From an uncultured Acidobacteriota bacterium (lineage in GTDB: Bacteria; Acidobacteriota; Terriglobia; Acidiferrales; UBA7541): a DNA stretch of 64,000 nucleotides. The position numbers and the translations under genes are program-made. Below the pieces are notes generated by a model. The model searched no databases. It was not told the DNA's origin and saw nothing but the letters and a program-made list of their open reading frames with translations. Of this stretch, positions 1 to 8,553 are shown piece after piece (the first letter of the stretch is position 1; the number at the start of each line of letters is the position of its first letter). The DNA lies in the NCBI GenBank assembly GCA_963729285.1, contig CAVSNL010000031.1, positions 12,475 to 76,474 of the forward strand, read 5' to 3'.

Positions 1-82
1 TATACGCGTCGCTGGTTTCTTGCGATTTAGAGCGCAACGTAGCAGGCTTTTAAGTTTCTCAGCCAGCGTCAGTGAAGACAAA

Positions 83-289
83 ATGGAAAAGGACAGCAAG
101 TCCGGGAGCGGTGCAAAAAGTGACCGTCATTCCCGTCCAAAGCGTGGGGCGATCCCGACCCCGAAAGAAGTAATCGAGAAAGCCCCGCGGTATATTCCCG
201 AAACCGATCAAGCAAACAATAAGCCGGCTTCACAGCCCGATTCGCCGACCCCTGCTGATGAAGAGCAGAAGGATCGTCAGGGCTCCTGA
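83..289 (+). CDS. Small hydrophilic protein sharing an RGA(I/V)PTP motif with the N-terminus of the downstream protease
   Basis: In-frame ATG at 83 within ORF 20..289. RPKRGAIPTPKEVI resembles RLGRGAVPTPRNLL of 335..1975. Weak RBS. Confidence 0.45.
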   Translation: MEKDSKSGSGAKSDRHSRPKRGAIPTPKEVIEKAPRYIPETDQANNKPASQPDSPTPADEEQKDRQGS

Positions 290-334
290 ACCGGAAGCAC
301 AAACCACAAATTCAAGCTTATAAGGAGGAACGTT

Positions 335-1975
335 ATGCCGGAGCCTACTCGTCGTCTGGGGCGCGGAGCTGTACCCACGCCAAGAAACCTTTTAGCAAGT
401 GCCACCCCGTTCCATCTCGCTCCCGGAGCGCTGCTCGGAGCACCCCCGAATTTGATAGTGAAGCCCCAGCAGATTTCATTTTGGGGCAACTATAACCACG
501 GTGACTGTGTGACCGCGGAGGAGGCGTTCGCCAAAGCATGCAACGGTCCGGAGATTTTCATTCCGGAACAGGATGTAATCAATTGGGCGACCGCCCATGG
601 CGTGCTGGAAGGCGCACAGCTTCCCCAAGTCCTGCAGTTTATGCAAACCGATGGGTTCAAAGAAGGTGCCGTCACTTATGACGATGGTCCTTACTACTCG
701 GTCGACTGGACGAATTCCAACACGCTACAGAGTGCGATCTCCACAGGACCCGTCAAAATCGGCGTTGCTGGAGACCAACTGGAGACCGCGTGGTGGGCCG
801 CCGGGAGTTCGCAGGCCGGGGGCAAAACGTGGTTCGGCACGGGATTTACCAACGATACCAATGAGGACCACTGCGTCGCTCTGTGTGGCTACGGGACGAT
901 TGCCTGGCTGGCGCAACAACTGAATGTGAGCGTGCCATCCGGAGTCAACGGTAACAGTCAGGCGTATGCGCTTTTCACATGGGATTCGATTGGCATTATC
1001 GACCAACCGTCGCTACTCGCCATCACCCATGAGGCCTGGCTGCGAAAACCCACCACCGTAACCAAAACCCAAGTACTGTTCGATAAGACCATCATCCGCA
1101 ACAACACCAGCCCGCTGACTCCCTCCATCGCGTCGCTGAATGGCTGTCTTTACGTCGCCTGGAAAGGCGATGGCAATGACAACCTGAATGTCATGTACTC
1201 TGCCGACGGCGGAGCCACATTTGGACAGAAATACACATCGCCGGAAACCAGCCCGCAGGCACCGTGCATTTGCGCGCACAACGGGCACCTCTACATCGCC
1301 TGGAAGGGTGATGGCAATGACAACCTGAATGTGGCGCAGGTGGTGATTTCAGGCCCCAACATCACCGGGTTCACGAACAAGAAAACGCTGGGCGATACCA
1401 GTCCGAGGAGTCCGTCGCTGGCATCGTTTGGCGGCCGGCTGTATCTCTCGTGGAAAGGGGACGGCAACGACAACCTGAATGTGATGTACTCTGCCGACAA
1501 CGGAAACACTTTCGGGCACAAGTACACTTCTCCCGAGACCAGTCCTCAGGCACCCGGCTTGTGCGCCTCCGGAAGCAACCTGTACGTCACATGGAAAGGC
1601 GACGGCAACGACAACCTGAATGTTGCGGAGGTCGTCGTTTCCGGCGCTAATATCACCTCATTCGCCAACAAGGTGATTCTGGGCGACACCAGCCCAGTGA
1701 GTCCGTGCCTCGCCTTCAATGGCAACACTCTGTATCTGTCATGGAAGGGAGATGGCAACGACTTCTTGAACGTGATGTATTCCCACGACGGAGGACATAG
1801 CTTTGGAAACAAGGCCATTTCCTCAGAAACGAGCCCACAACCGCCGTCGCTGTGTACCATGAACGGGGTCGTGTACATTGCGTGGAAAGGAGACGGCAAC
1901 GACTTCCTCAACGTCGCCCGCGTCGCGGAGGCAGGAGCGGGGGCGATCCCGCTCGCCAGGCCCGCCAAGGCATGA
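335..1975 (+). CDS. Papain-like (clan CA) cysteine peptidase domain fused to a six-repeat beta-propeller with Asp-box-like motifs
   Basis: RBS AAGGAGG. GNYNHGDCVTA (Cys), DHCVALCGY (His) and FTWD motifs. C-terminal 6x LYxxWKGDGNDxLNV repeats, three followed by an SxDxGxxF Asp-box. Confidence 0.8.
   Translation: MPEPTRRLGRGAVPTPRNLLASATPFHLAPGALLGAPPNLIVKPQQISFWGNYNHGDCVTAEEAFAKACNGPEIFIPEQDVINWATAHGVLEGAQLPQVLQFMQTDGFKEGAVTYDDGPYYSVDWTNSNTLQSAISTGPVKIGVAGDQLETAWWAAGSSQAGGKTWFGTGFTNDTNEDHCVALCGYGTIAWLAQQLNVSVPSGVNGNSQAYALFTWDSIGIIDQPSLLAITHEAWLRKPTTVTKTQVLFDKTIIRNNTSPLTPSIASLNGCLYVAWKGDGNDNLNVMYSADGGATFGQKYTSPETSPQAPCICAHNGHLYIAWKGDGNDNLNVAQVVISGPNITGFTNKKTLGDTSPRSPSLASFGGRLYLSWKGDGNDNLNVMYSADNGNTFGHKYTSPETSPQAPGLCASGSNLYVTWKGDGNDNLNVAEVVVSGANITSFANKVILGDTSPVSPCLAFNGNTLYLSWKGDGNDFLNVMYSHDGGHSFGNKAISSETSPQPPSLCTMNGVVYIAWKGDGNDFLNVARVAEAGAGAIPLARPAKA
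1100..1925 (+). repeat. Intragenic tandem repeat: three copies of a two-blade unit, six WKGDGND blades in total
   Basis: Six near-identical TGGAARGGNGAYGGCAAYGAC segments, alternating VMYS(A/H)D and VA(Q/E/R)V blade types. Confidence 0.9.
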
Positions 1976-2153
1976 ATGTCCAATGCGGAGCGGACGCGTG
2001 TCCGCTCCGCATTTCTCTTTGGCCTTTAACAACCTGAGGTCTTGGCTGCCTTCTTCCAAAGCAAACAAACACAGAACTCCATTCTCCCTTCTATCCACGT
2101 CTATTTGTTTTATCTGATCGAAGCGCTGAAAGAGCTGCGCTAGACGACTCGGA

Positions 2154-2819
2154 CTAGAGAAGAACAAGGCCGCGGCGGATGCCTAGGGCCACGGCCTCGG
2201 TGCGACTTGCGGCGCCGAGTTTGCCGAGAATCGAACCAACGTGGAATTTTGCGGTGTGATCGGAAATGTTGAGCCGCGCGGCGATTTCTTTGTTGCCCAG
2301 CCCCGCGGCCAGCATTTGCAGGACTTCGCGCTCGCGCCTGGTTAACGGTTCGGCGAGTTCGCTCAGCGGTTGGGAGGCAGGCGTCGCGGCGGGTGCGAGG
2401 GTGTCGATTTCCGCGGGATGCAGCACCAGAAGCCCCGCGGTGACCGCTTGGAGCGCGGCGAACAATTGATTCGAGGTAACGTCGGCGGGCAGGACCGCTC
2501 GGACTCCTGAGCGAAACGCGTCGCGAGACGCGGACGGAGATTCGGCGTTGGGAGCTTCCGCCGGCCAGCGATTCCCGGCGAGCAGCACGATGGGAATTTC
2601 CGGCGCGAGGCCGGACCGCGCCAAGGAATCGAGCATGGACTCGGTGCTTTCGCCGGAAGCGTCGAGAACCAGCGCATCGGCCTCGCTGTCTGGGAACGCG
2701 TCAGCGAGACCATCGAGGTCCGAGAAGCTCCCAGCCACTTCAACGCCGCGATCTGCGAGGAGATTTTGCAACCCGGCGCGCGCCAGCGAGGAAGCTCCGA
2801 CGATGAAGACGCGAATCAC
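2154..2819 (-). CDS. NarL/LuxR-family response regulator with atypical receiver domain
   Basis: C-terminal LTRREREVLQMLAAGLGNKEIA...TAKFHV HTH. The receiver lacks the N-terminal acidic pair. Start overlaps the stop of the upstream protease. Confidence 0.9.
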   Translation of the reverse strand: MIRVFIVGASSLARAGLQNLLADRGVEVAGSFSDLDGLADAFPDSEADALVLDASGESTESMLDSLARSGLAPEIPIVLLAGNRWPAEAPNAESPSASRDAFRSGVRAVLPADVTSNQLFAALQAVTAGLLVLHPAEIDTLAPAATPASQPLSELAEPLTRREREVLQMLAAGLGNKEIAARLNISDHTAKFHVGSILGKLGAASRTEAVALGIRRGLVLL

Positions 2820-3715
2820 GCTGCGACGCCGCTCCCTGTAGCTTGGCGACCTGTTGCCTGGCGACCAAGCTGAATCGTTACGCGGCGGACGCGGGTGTAG
2901 TCTCCACGAAGAAATTCGAGACGGAGCAGACGCGGGCCTTCCCCACGGAGCGCTCGGGATAAATCGTCCAGCAGCGTGAATGGGTGGCCTTCGGTTCCCA
3001 GCAGGATGTCGCCGGGTAAGAGCGAGGCTCGGGCTGCGGGACTTCCCGCCTCGATTTCGAGCACAACCAGCCCGAATCGCTTTGCCGCACGGCTACCGGA
3101 ATTGGGGACTTGCACCGGATAGAGCGTGACGCCCAGCCAGCCGTCCCGTGCTTCACTATTTGAACGCGCGCCGGAGAGAAAGTCGGAGACCGCGTTACTG
3201 GGGATCGCTAGGGCCAGACGGCCGGCGACCATCGTGTTGATTCCAATGACGCGGCCGGCAGCGTCGGCGAGCGGGCCGCCGGAGTTTCCAGGTGCCAGGC
3301 GGACGCCGGCTTGCACCCACGTTTGCGGGCCGAGACCCGGAAGCGGCCCGACGGCGTGGACCACTCCCGTGGTGAGAGCCCCGACAAACCCCAGAGGATT
3401 CCCGATGGCGATCGCGAGTTCGCCGGGCCGCACACGCGAGGAATCCGCGGGCGTTGCCGCAGGGAGATTCTTGGCATTCACGCGGAGCGTCGCGATGTCG
3501 CGAACTGGATCGGAGGACTCGAGTGCCGCGTCGAGTTCGCGACCATCCCAGAGCTGGACGCGGAGTTGCGCACGGCGGGCGACGTGCGCGTTGGTGACGA
3601 TGATGCCGCCGCTCGACCAAATTACGCCGGAGCCGTTGCCACGCGGGCCTGCGTGGATGAGGACTGTGGAGCGGCGGAGACTTTCCGCGATTTCGCCGAA
3701 ACTGGTGACGGCCAT
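2816..3715 (-). CDS. S1C (HtrA/DegP-like) serine protease with PDZ domain, catalytic triad intact, no signal peptide
   Basis: TNAHV, DIATL and PGNSGGP motifs. C-terminal WLGV...GSPAARASLLPGD PDZ. Confidence 0.9.
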   Translation of the reverse strand: MAVTSFGEIAESLRRSTVLIHAGPRGNGSGVIWSSGGIIVTNAHVARRAQLRVQLWDGRELDAALESSDPVRDIATLRVNAKNLPAATPADSSRVRPGELAIAIGNPLGFVGALTTGVVHAVGPLPGLGPQTWVQAGVRLAPGNSGGPLADAAGRVIGINTMVAGRLALAIPSNAVSDFLSGARSNSEARDGWLGVTLYPVQVPNSGSRAAKRFGLVVLEIEAGSPAARASLLPGDILLGTEGHPFTLLDDLSRALRGEGPRLLRLEFLRGDYTRVRRVTIQLGRQATGRQATGSGVAA

Positions 3716-3716
3716 G

Positions 3717-4631
3717 TTATGCGGCTCCGTGAGTGCGTTCGCCGACTACAACCTGGGTTTCCTGAAATGTACCGCCGCGGACGAAGCCAAGTGTTAGTGA
3801 TTTGCCGATTGCGGCACCTTGGAGTTGGGAGTGCACGTCCTCAAGGCGAGCGACCGGTTCGCCGGAGAGCGCAACAATGATGTCGCCGATGACCAGGCCG
3901 GCTTTGTGGGCCGGGCTTTCGGATTCCACCTCGAGAATGATGGCCGCAGTTTTTTGTTCGCGGTGCAAGTGTTGGCGCAGGGCCTCGGGCAGGCGCACGG
4001 ATTGAAGGCCGACGCCGAGGTAGCCGCGCGGGATGCGGCCCTTCTGCAGGAGCGTGTCGACCACGATGTTCACCGTGGAGGCCGGGACCGCGATTGCGCC
4101 GAAACGTGCGAAGCGTGGCGTGGCGATGCCGAAGATGCGGCCGTGCGCGTCAACTGCGGCGGCTCCCGCAGCGGTCGGTGATAGCGCAACGTCAAGGCGG
4201 ATGTAAGGAGCAAGTGATGCGCCGGTCCAGGTCTTGCGTTCGGTGGCTGCCAGACTGACTACGCCGAGCGCGGCGACTGGGCCGCTGGCGCGCGTGCGGC
4301 CGACGACGAGCGTGAGACTGCCCGGCTTGATGGCAGCCGCATCACCAAATTCGGTTACGGGCGTCGCGGCTTCCGCGCATTTCAGGACCGCGAGATCGGT
4401 CGAAGCATCGCGTCCGGCGAGTATCGCGGGGACGACGCGCCCGTCGGCGAGTGTGACGTGAATTTCGTCGTCGCGGCGCAGCGCGTGTTCGGACGTGACG
4501 ATAATACCCGTGCGCCATATGACGCCGCTGGATGAGCCGCGCGCTTCGGCGTGCACCGCCACAGTGTTAACGGCCGCGCGATCGGTGGCTTGCGCCAGTG
4601 CGTCTGAAAGTTCAATAAGTTGTGAAGACAT
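3717..4631 (-). CDS. S1C protease-like protein with PDZ, catalytic Ser apparently absent
   Basis: TSEHAL and TDLAVL are present, but SPTAAGAA replaces PGxSGG. RGYLGV PDZ. RBS AAGGAGG. Confidence 0.85.
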   Translation of the reverse strand: MSSQLIELSDALAQATDRAAVNTVAVHAEARGSSSGVIWRTGIIVTSEHALRRDDEIHVTLADGRVVPAILAGRDASTDLAVLKCAEAATPVTEFGDAAAIKPGSLTLVVGRTRASGPVAALGVVSLAATERKTWTGASLAPYIRLDVALSPTAAGAAAVDAHGRIFGIATPRFARFGAIAVPASTVNIVVDTLLQKGRIPRGYLGVGLQSVRLPEALRQHLHREQKTAAIILEVESESPAHKAGLVIGDIIVALSGEPVARLEDVHSQLQGAAIGKSLTLGFVRGGTFQETQVVVGERTHGAA

Positions 4632-4788
4632 ATACAACCTCCTTGAACAAGATGCCGGATTCGCAGGGGCGTCTACATCCGCCGATTGGCTAGGTCGGAG
4701 CCTGGAAGGATGGGTAGGTATTGCTGCTTCGGATGATCTTTCGACGCAAGACCGCGAGAAAAACCGGCCGATTCGATGCGACCCGAGT

Positions 4789-5157
4789 TTACGGAGTCGT
4801 GCTCTCCATCAGTTCGAGGCGGTTACCGAAGGGATCGAAGATGTGGACGCGGCGAAAATTATTGAAGGAGGTGTCGGGTTTGGCGGGAAGGCCGGCGCGC
4901 TCGCAAGCAGCGACGATATTGTCGAGATCATCGACAACCAGCGCGGGATGGGCGCGTTTTGCCGGGTGGAAATCGGCCTCGATGCCGACGTGAAGATTCA
5001 CGGGGCCGGCCACGAACCAGATGCTGTTGCGTCCCGCCATTTCGGCAGGCTTCTCGACTTCGGTTAGACCGAGGATTCCGATGTAGAAGTCGCGGGCCCG
5101 CGTTTCGCCGCCGACGGGAATTGCGATCTGCACGTGGTCGAGGCTAAGGATTGGCAT
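4789..5157 (-). CDS. VOC/glyoxalase family protein
   Basis: LDHVQIAIP...ARDFY...HPALVV...DPFGNRLELME. Confidence 0.9.
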   Translation of the reverse strand: MPILSLDHVQIAIPVGGETRARDFYIGILGLTEVEKPAEMAGRNSIWFVAGPVNLHVGIEADFHPAKRAHPALVVDDLDNIVAACERAGLPAKPDTSFNNFRRVHIFDPFGNRLELMESTTP

Positions 5158-5326
5158 GAGCCTCTGATGGTTGCAGTGGACCGCCGCCGGCCCAGGGAGA
5201 AACGCAGAAGTAGCTGCCGTGGAGGCCGGATGCCAGGAACATGAGTGCGGCCAGGACAAACAGCGCTAGCAGATGAAGTGTTCGGCGCTTCACAGCGGCA
5301 CGTTCATTTCGTAGAGGTACGCTCAT
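5144..5326 (-). CDS. Possible small membrane or secreted peptide
   Basis: Basic N-terminus plus hydrophobic stretch LLALFVLAALMFLA. No clear RBS. Confidence 0.25.
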   Translation of the reverse strand: MSVPLRNERAAVKRRTLHLLALFVLAALMFLASGLHGSYFCVSPWAGGGPLQPSEAHANP

Positions 5327-5411
5327 TTCACAGGGGTACGTTTATTTCGCAGGGATATGGTCATTTTAAACGCCCACCCTGATTGGATTCGATTCGGAGA
5401 TGTTCGGTTAC

Positions 5412-6215
5412 TCAGGGTAGGTAGGGCATGGCTTCGGTGGACTCGACGAATTTTTTCAGGGCAGCCATGACTTCTTTGCGGGTAAACAGCCGGCAGAAGA
5501 GATCGATCTCGTGGCGGAGATCTTCGTGGGGAATAGGCTTGATGAATTTTTTGGCGGCGGCACGGGTTACGGCGTCGAATTTGGTGATTTGAGCGGCGGT
5601 GGCTAAGGCGATCTTGCGGGCTTCGCCTTCGGCGGCGAGTTGCGCGACGAGACCGACAGCTTGGGCCCGTGTGGCGTTGACGCTGCGGCCGGTGAGCAGC
5701 AGATCGCGGACGAAGGCGTTGCCGAGATCGCGCTTCAAGCGGGGTATGCCGCCGAATCCTGGGATGAGTCCGAGGCGAAGCTCGGGGAAGGCGAAGCGCG
5801 CCATTTTGTCGGCGACGATGATGTCGCAGGCGAGCGCGAGTTCCAGGCCACCGCCGAAACAGACTCCATGGACCGCGGCGATGGTCACGAAGGGCGCGGC
5901 GTCGATGGCGTTCAGGACCGCGTGGATGCGCTCGAGGAACTGGCGGACGCCTGCGAGGCGCTCTTTGGCGGAAAGGGGTGCCGCACTTTCGTACAGCTCG
6001 CGTAAATCGGCGCCGGCGGAAAAACCGTGTTTGCGAGCGCTGGTGATGATGCACGCGGAGGTTTCGGGGGCCAGGGCAGGAAATGCGGCCACGAACTGCT
6101 CGAGTTCGGCGAGCATGACGGTGCCGATTTCGTTGGCGGGCTCGCGGTCCAGGGTCAGTTCGAGGATGGAGTCGCGCAAGTCCCAGCGCAAAGCTTTGCC
6201 CGTAAAGGAAGTCAT
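5412..6215 (-). CDS. Enoyl-CoA hydratase/isomerase family protein
   Basis: FSAGADL, GGGLELALACD and FPELRLGLIPGFGG crotonase motifs. Confidence 0.95.
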   Translation of the reverse strand: MTSFTGKALRWDLRDSILELTLDREPANEIGTVMLAELEQFVAAFPALAPETSACIITSARKHGFSAGADLRELYESAAPLSAKERLAGVRQFLERIHAVLNAIDAAPFVTIAAVHGVCFGGGLELALACDIIVADKMARFAFPELRLGLIPGFGGIPRLKRDLGNAFVRDLLLTGRSVNATRAQAVGLVAQLAAEGEARKIALATAAQITKFDAVTRAAAKKFIKPIPHEDLRHEIDLFCRLFTRKEVMAALKKFVESTEAMPYLP

Positions 6216-6427
6216 CTTCGAGAAATCCAGTGGGCTCCGGAGAGAAGAAGCCGATCAAGCTTACTATAGTCCGGGAGGAGCGATAGAAGTTGTCGGGAGG
6301 TCGACAGTCGACAGTTGAAAGTTGAAAGTGACGGAGCGGGGGATTGGCGCTGGCGATCGGACCATGGTTGAGGGACGTGTGGGTGGGTCCGGGGTCGAGC
6401 TGCGGTGGTTATAAGTGAGTTACCTAC

Positions 6428-6512
6428 CTCCCCCTTGTTTTTTGTAAGTCTATCGTTCCAAAGGCACTTCAAGCGGCTTGTTTTGATAGAGTTCTGCAAG
6501 TATTCATTCTAA
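6428..6512. repeat. Dispersed AT-rich repeat, with an inverted homolog at 42604-42687
   Basis: CCCCCTTGTTTTTTGTAAGT...TTGTTTTGATAGAGTTCTGCAAGTATTCATTC matches the reverse complement of 42604-42687. Confidence 0.75.
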
Positions 6513-6606
6513 ATGGCTTACAAGGTGGTTACCAAGGTACCCTTGCCGGCAAGCTTTCTAGGCTCGGTGGCAGCACCATGTGGAGCAGGCCAGCTAGCCA
6601 ACCTCG

Positions 6607-6638
6607 AAAAGAAAAACGCGTCAGCCGGTCTGACGCGT
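6607..6638 (-). terminator. Rho-independent terminator
   Basis: Perfect 9-bp stem ACGCGTCAG/CTGACGCGT with a 5-nt loop, followed on the minus strand by TTTTCTTTT. Confidence 0.75.
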
Positions 6639-6660
6639 GGGCGTGACTGTCAATGAATTA

Positions 6661-6689
6661 ATGTTACCAAGCTAATATCTAACAGTCAA
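6661..6689 (-). promoter_or_regulatory. Sigma70-type promoter
   Basis: Minus strand TTGACT-N17-TAACAT in an AT-rich patch. Confidence 0.6.
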
Positions 6690-6784
6690 GATATATTTGG
6701 GTTAGTGCGCGCCTGGGTGTCAAAGTTCGACAACCGCATCCAAAAAATGCAATAAACGAGGAAAAAGCTTCCTTCGGGGGCTGT

Positions 6785-8147
6785 AGAGTCTGTGTGAAGA
6801 CTCAGCGGCCCGTTGATTTTGAACCACGAATACGAGCCTAGGACGATGACTCCTGACTACTTCGTTAAAGTTCTGGCTGCAGGGCGCTTAGTTGGCGCGC
6901 CACATTCGCGTCAAGTTAAACGCGGTGGTTGTCAGTGCCCACTCCACGGCAACTTTTTCCAGCCCGCGTCGGCGGAACCGCCGCATCCCCCGCTGCTCTT
7001 TCAGCACTCCGTTCACCGGCTCGACGATCGCTTTGCGCCGCCCGTAAATCATACCGCCCACGGGGTCCCGCAGTTTTCGTCGCATGCGGCGATGTGCCGG
7101 ATCGCTGGCCCGCAGCCGCAGCCGGCCCCCGCGATTCAACCAGCGCGCCAAATTCGAGTCTGGAACATAGGCATCAATCTTGCGCTCCTCCAGAGCATGC
7201 AGATTGTTCACCGAGAAGAATCCGCTGTCGGCACTGGCGCGTTGCGGTTTCTCTCCGCACTGCTGCTCCACCAGATCCACCATGGGCAGCAGCAATTCAT
7301 TGTCGTTGGTCTCCTGCGTCACCCGCTGCGCCACAATCAAGTGATCCTCGCTGACCGCCATCGTGGCGGTGTAGCCCAGCGTGAATCCGCCGCGCTCGCG
7401 CAGAAAACGGCTGTCCGGATCGGTCCGCGACACCTTGTGCAGGCCCGATTTATGCAGCCGCTCCAACCGCTCAGGAATTCCGGCAAGTTGCTGTTCCAGC
7501 CGCTCGATCACTTCGCGGTCCACTTCATGGCCCGCACCTTCGTTGGGGTCGTCCGCATCACACTGCTGCTGCCAACGACGAATGTCCCGCCGAATGCGCG
7601 CCCGCGCGTCCCGCAGCGCTTGCTCGGTGTCCACGCGATTCCGCGAGGCGTTTGCCGCGATGCGTGTCGAGTCAATCGCCACGTGGCCGAGCTTGCCCAG
7701 TTTCGCTTTCCGCGCCAACTCCACCACTTGCGTGAACAAATCGTTCAATCCCTTCGCGTGCCGCCGCCGAAACGCGTTCAGTGTCCAGTGATCCGGCGCG
7801 GCCCCGCCCGCCAAATAGCGAAACGCCAAATCCTCGCAAATGCGCTGTTCCAACCTTCGCGAACTGGTCACCCCCAGCGCGTAGGCGTACAGCCAAACCG
7901 AAGCCAACCTCTCCGGCGCGTAGGCGGGGCCGCCTTCTTCCCCGTACTCTTTCCTAAAAGCGTCCAAGTTGAGCTTCGCCACCACGCGCCGCACGAAAAA
8001 ACAGAGATGACCCGAACCCAACACATCCCGCACGCTCGGCGGCAGCAAATACGCCTGGTCCGGGTTGTACTCCAAAAATTTCGTCATCGCGTCCCCTCTC
8101 TCATGCAGTATAAGAGACGCGTCAACCCGAGTTCTCACACAGACTCT
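6785..8147 (-). mobile_element. IS1182-family insertion sequence
   Basis: Terminal inverted repeats AGAGTCTGTGTGAAGACTC (6785-6803) and the reverse complement of 8129-8147, AGAGTCTGTGTGAGAACTC (17/19 match), enclosing a DDE transposase. Confidence 0.9.
6888..8087 (-). CDS. IS1182-family DDE transposase
   Basis: DQAYLLPPS, GGPAYAP, YAYALGVTSSRRLE, AIDSTRI, TDPDSR, ADSGF and RKAIVEPVNG motifs. Confidence 0.95.
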   Translation of the reverse strand: MTKFLEYNPDQAYLLPPSVRDVLGSGHLCFFVRRVVAKLNLDAFRKEYGEEGGPAYAPERLASVWLYAYALGVTSSRRLEQRICEDLAFRYLAGGAAPDHWTLNAFRRRHAKGLNDLFTQVVELARKAKLGKLGHVAIDSTRIAANASRNRVDTEQALRDARARIRRDIRRWQQQCDADDPNEGAGHEVDREVIERLEQQLAGIPERLERLHKSGLHKVSRTDPDSRFLRERGGFTLGYTATMAVSEDHLIVAQRVTQETNDNELLLPMVDLVEQQCGEKPQRASADSGFFSVNNLHALEERKIDAYVPDSNLARWLNRGGRLRLRASDPAHRRMRRKLRDPVGGMIYGRRKAIVEPVNGVLKEQRGMRRFRRRGLEKVAVEWALTTTAFNLTRMWRAN

Positions 8148-8201
8148 GAAGCCCGTTAAGAGTACGCAGTCACGTCGGCGCTAAAGCACGTTGGTTGACG
8201 C

Positions 8202-8226
8202 GCACAGCCAGGAATGGCTGTGCCAC
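8202..8226. repeat. REP-like palindrome, with an inverted copy at 63771-63794
   Basis: GCACAGCCAGGAATGGCTGTGCCAC versus GTGGCACAGCCATTCCTGGCTGTG. Confidence 0.75.
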
Positions 8227-8458
8227 GGGGCTTCGGGTGTACACCAAGTCACATTTCCTAGACTATCTTTCGCGGGACACCGGCGGCCACACGGAGCCAG
8301 TCCAGCATTACAAATTGATTTGCCTGAACCACCTTATAGACATAGGTTCTTACGCACCCCCGAACATTCGATTAATGGGTTCTGCGTCGGCGTCACCACC
8401 CGGAACTCAATAGCCTTGAGCGATTTCACTTGTAGGGTAACCGCGTTGATACGAACGA

Positions 8459-8497
8459 TCAAAACCTACTTCAAACAGGCGCCCTTTTATAATGCGT
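8459..8497 (-). mobile_element. Orphan IS110-like left-end remnant
   Basis: TCAAAACCTACTTCAAACAGGCGCCCTTTTATAATGCGT closely resembles 19062-19102 at the 5' end of the IS110. No transposase is adjacent. Confidence 0.6.
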
Positions 8498-8553
8498 TAA
8501 TCAGGACTTGGCAACACGGCCGCTTCTCTAGCCCTCTAAAAACACGCGGCCAG

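Noticed and set aside
6298-6330. Heptamer run GTCGACA/GTTGAAA as a distinct element
   Set aside because: Only about four degenerate units and no associated gene. Too little to support a call.
6813-8159. 448-aa plus-strand ORF
   Set aside because: Antisense shadow of the IS1182 transposase. Similar long shadow ORFs (e.g. 25293..26468, 32603..33595, 57755..58984) are expected in GC-rich DNA.
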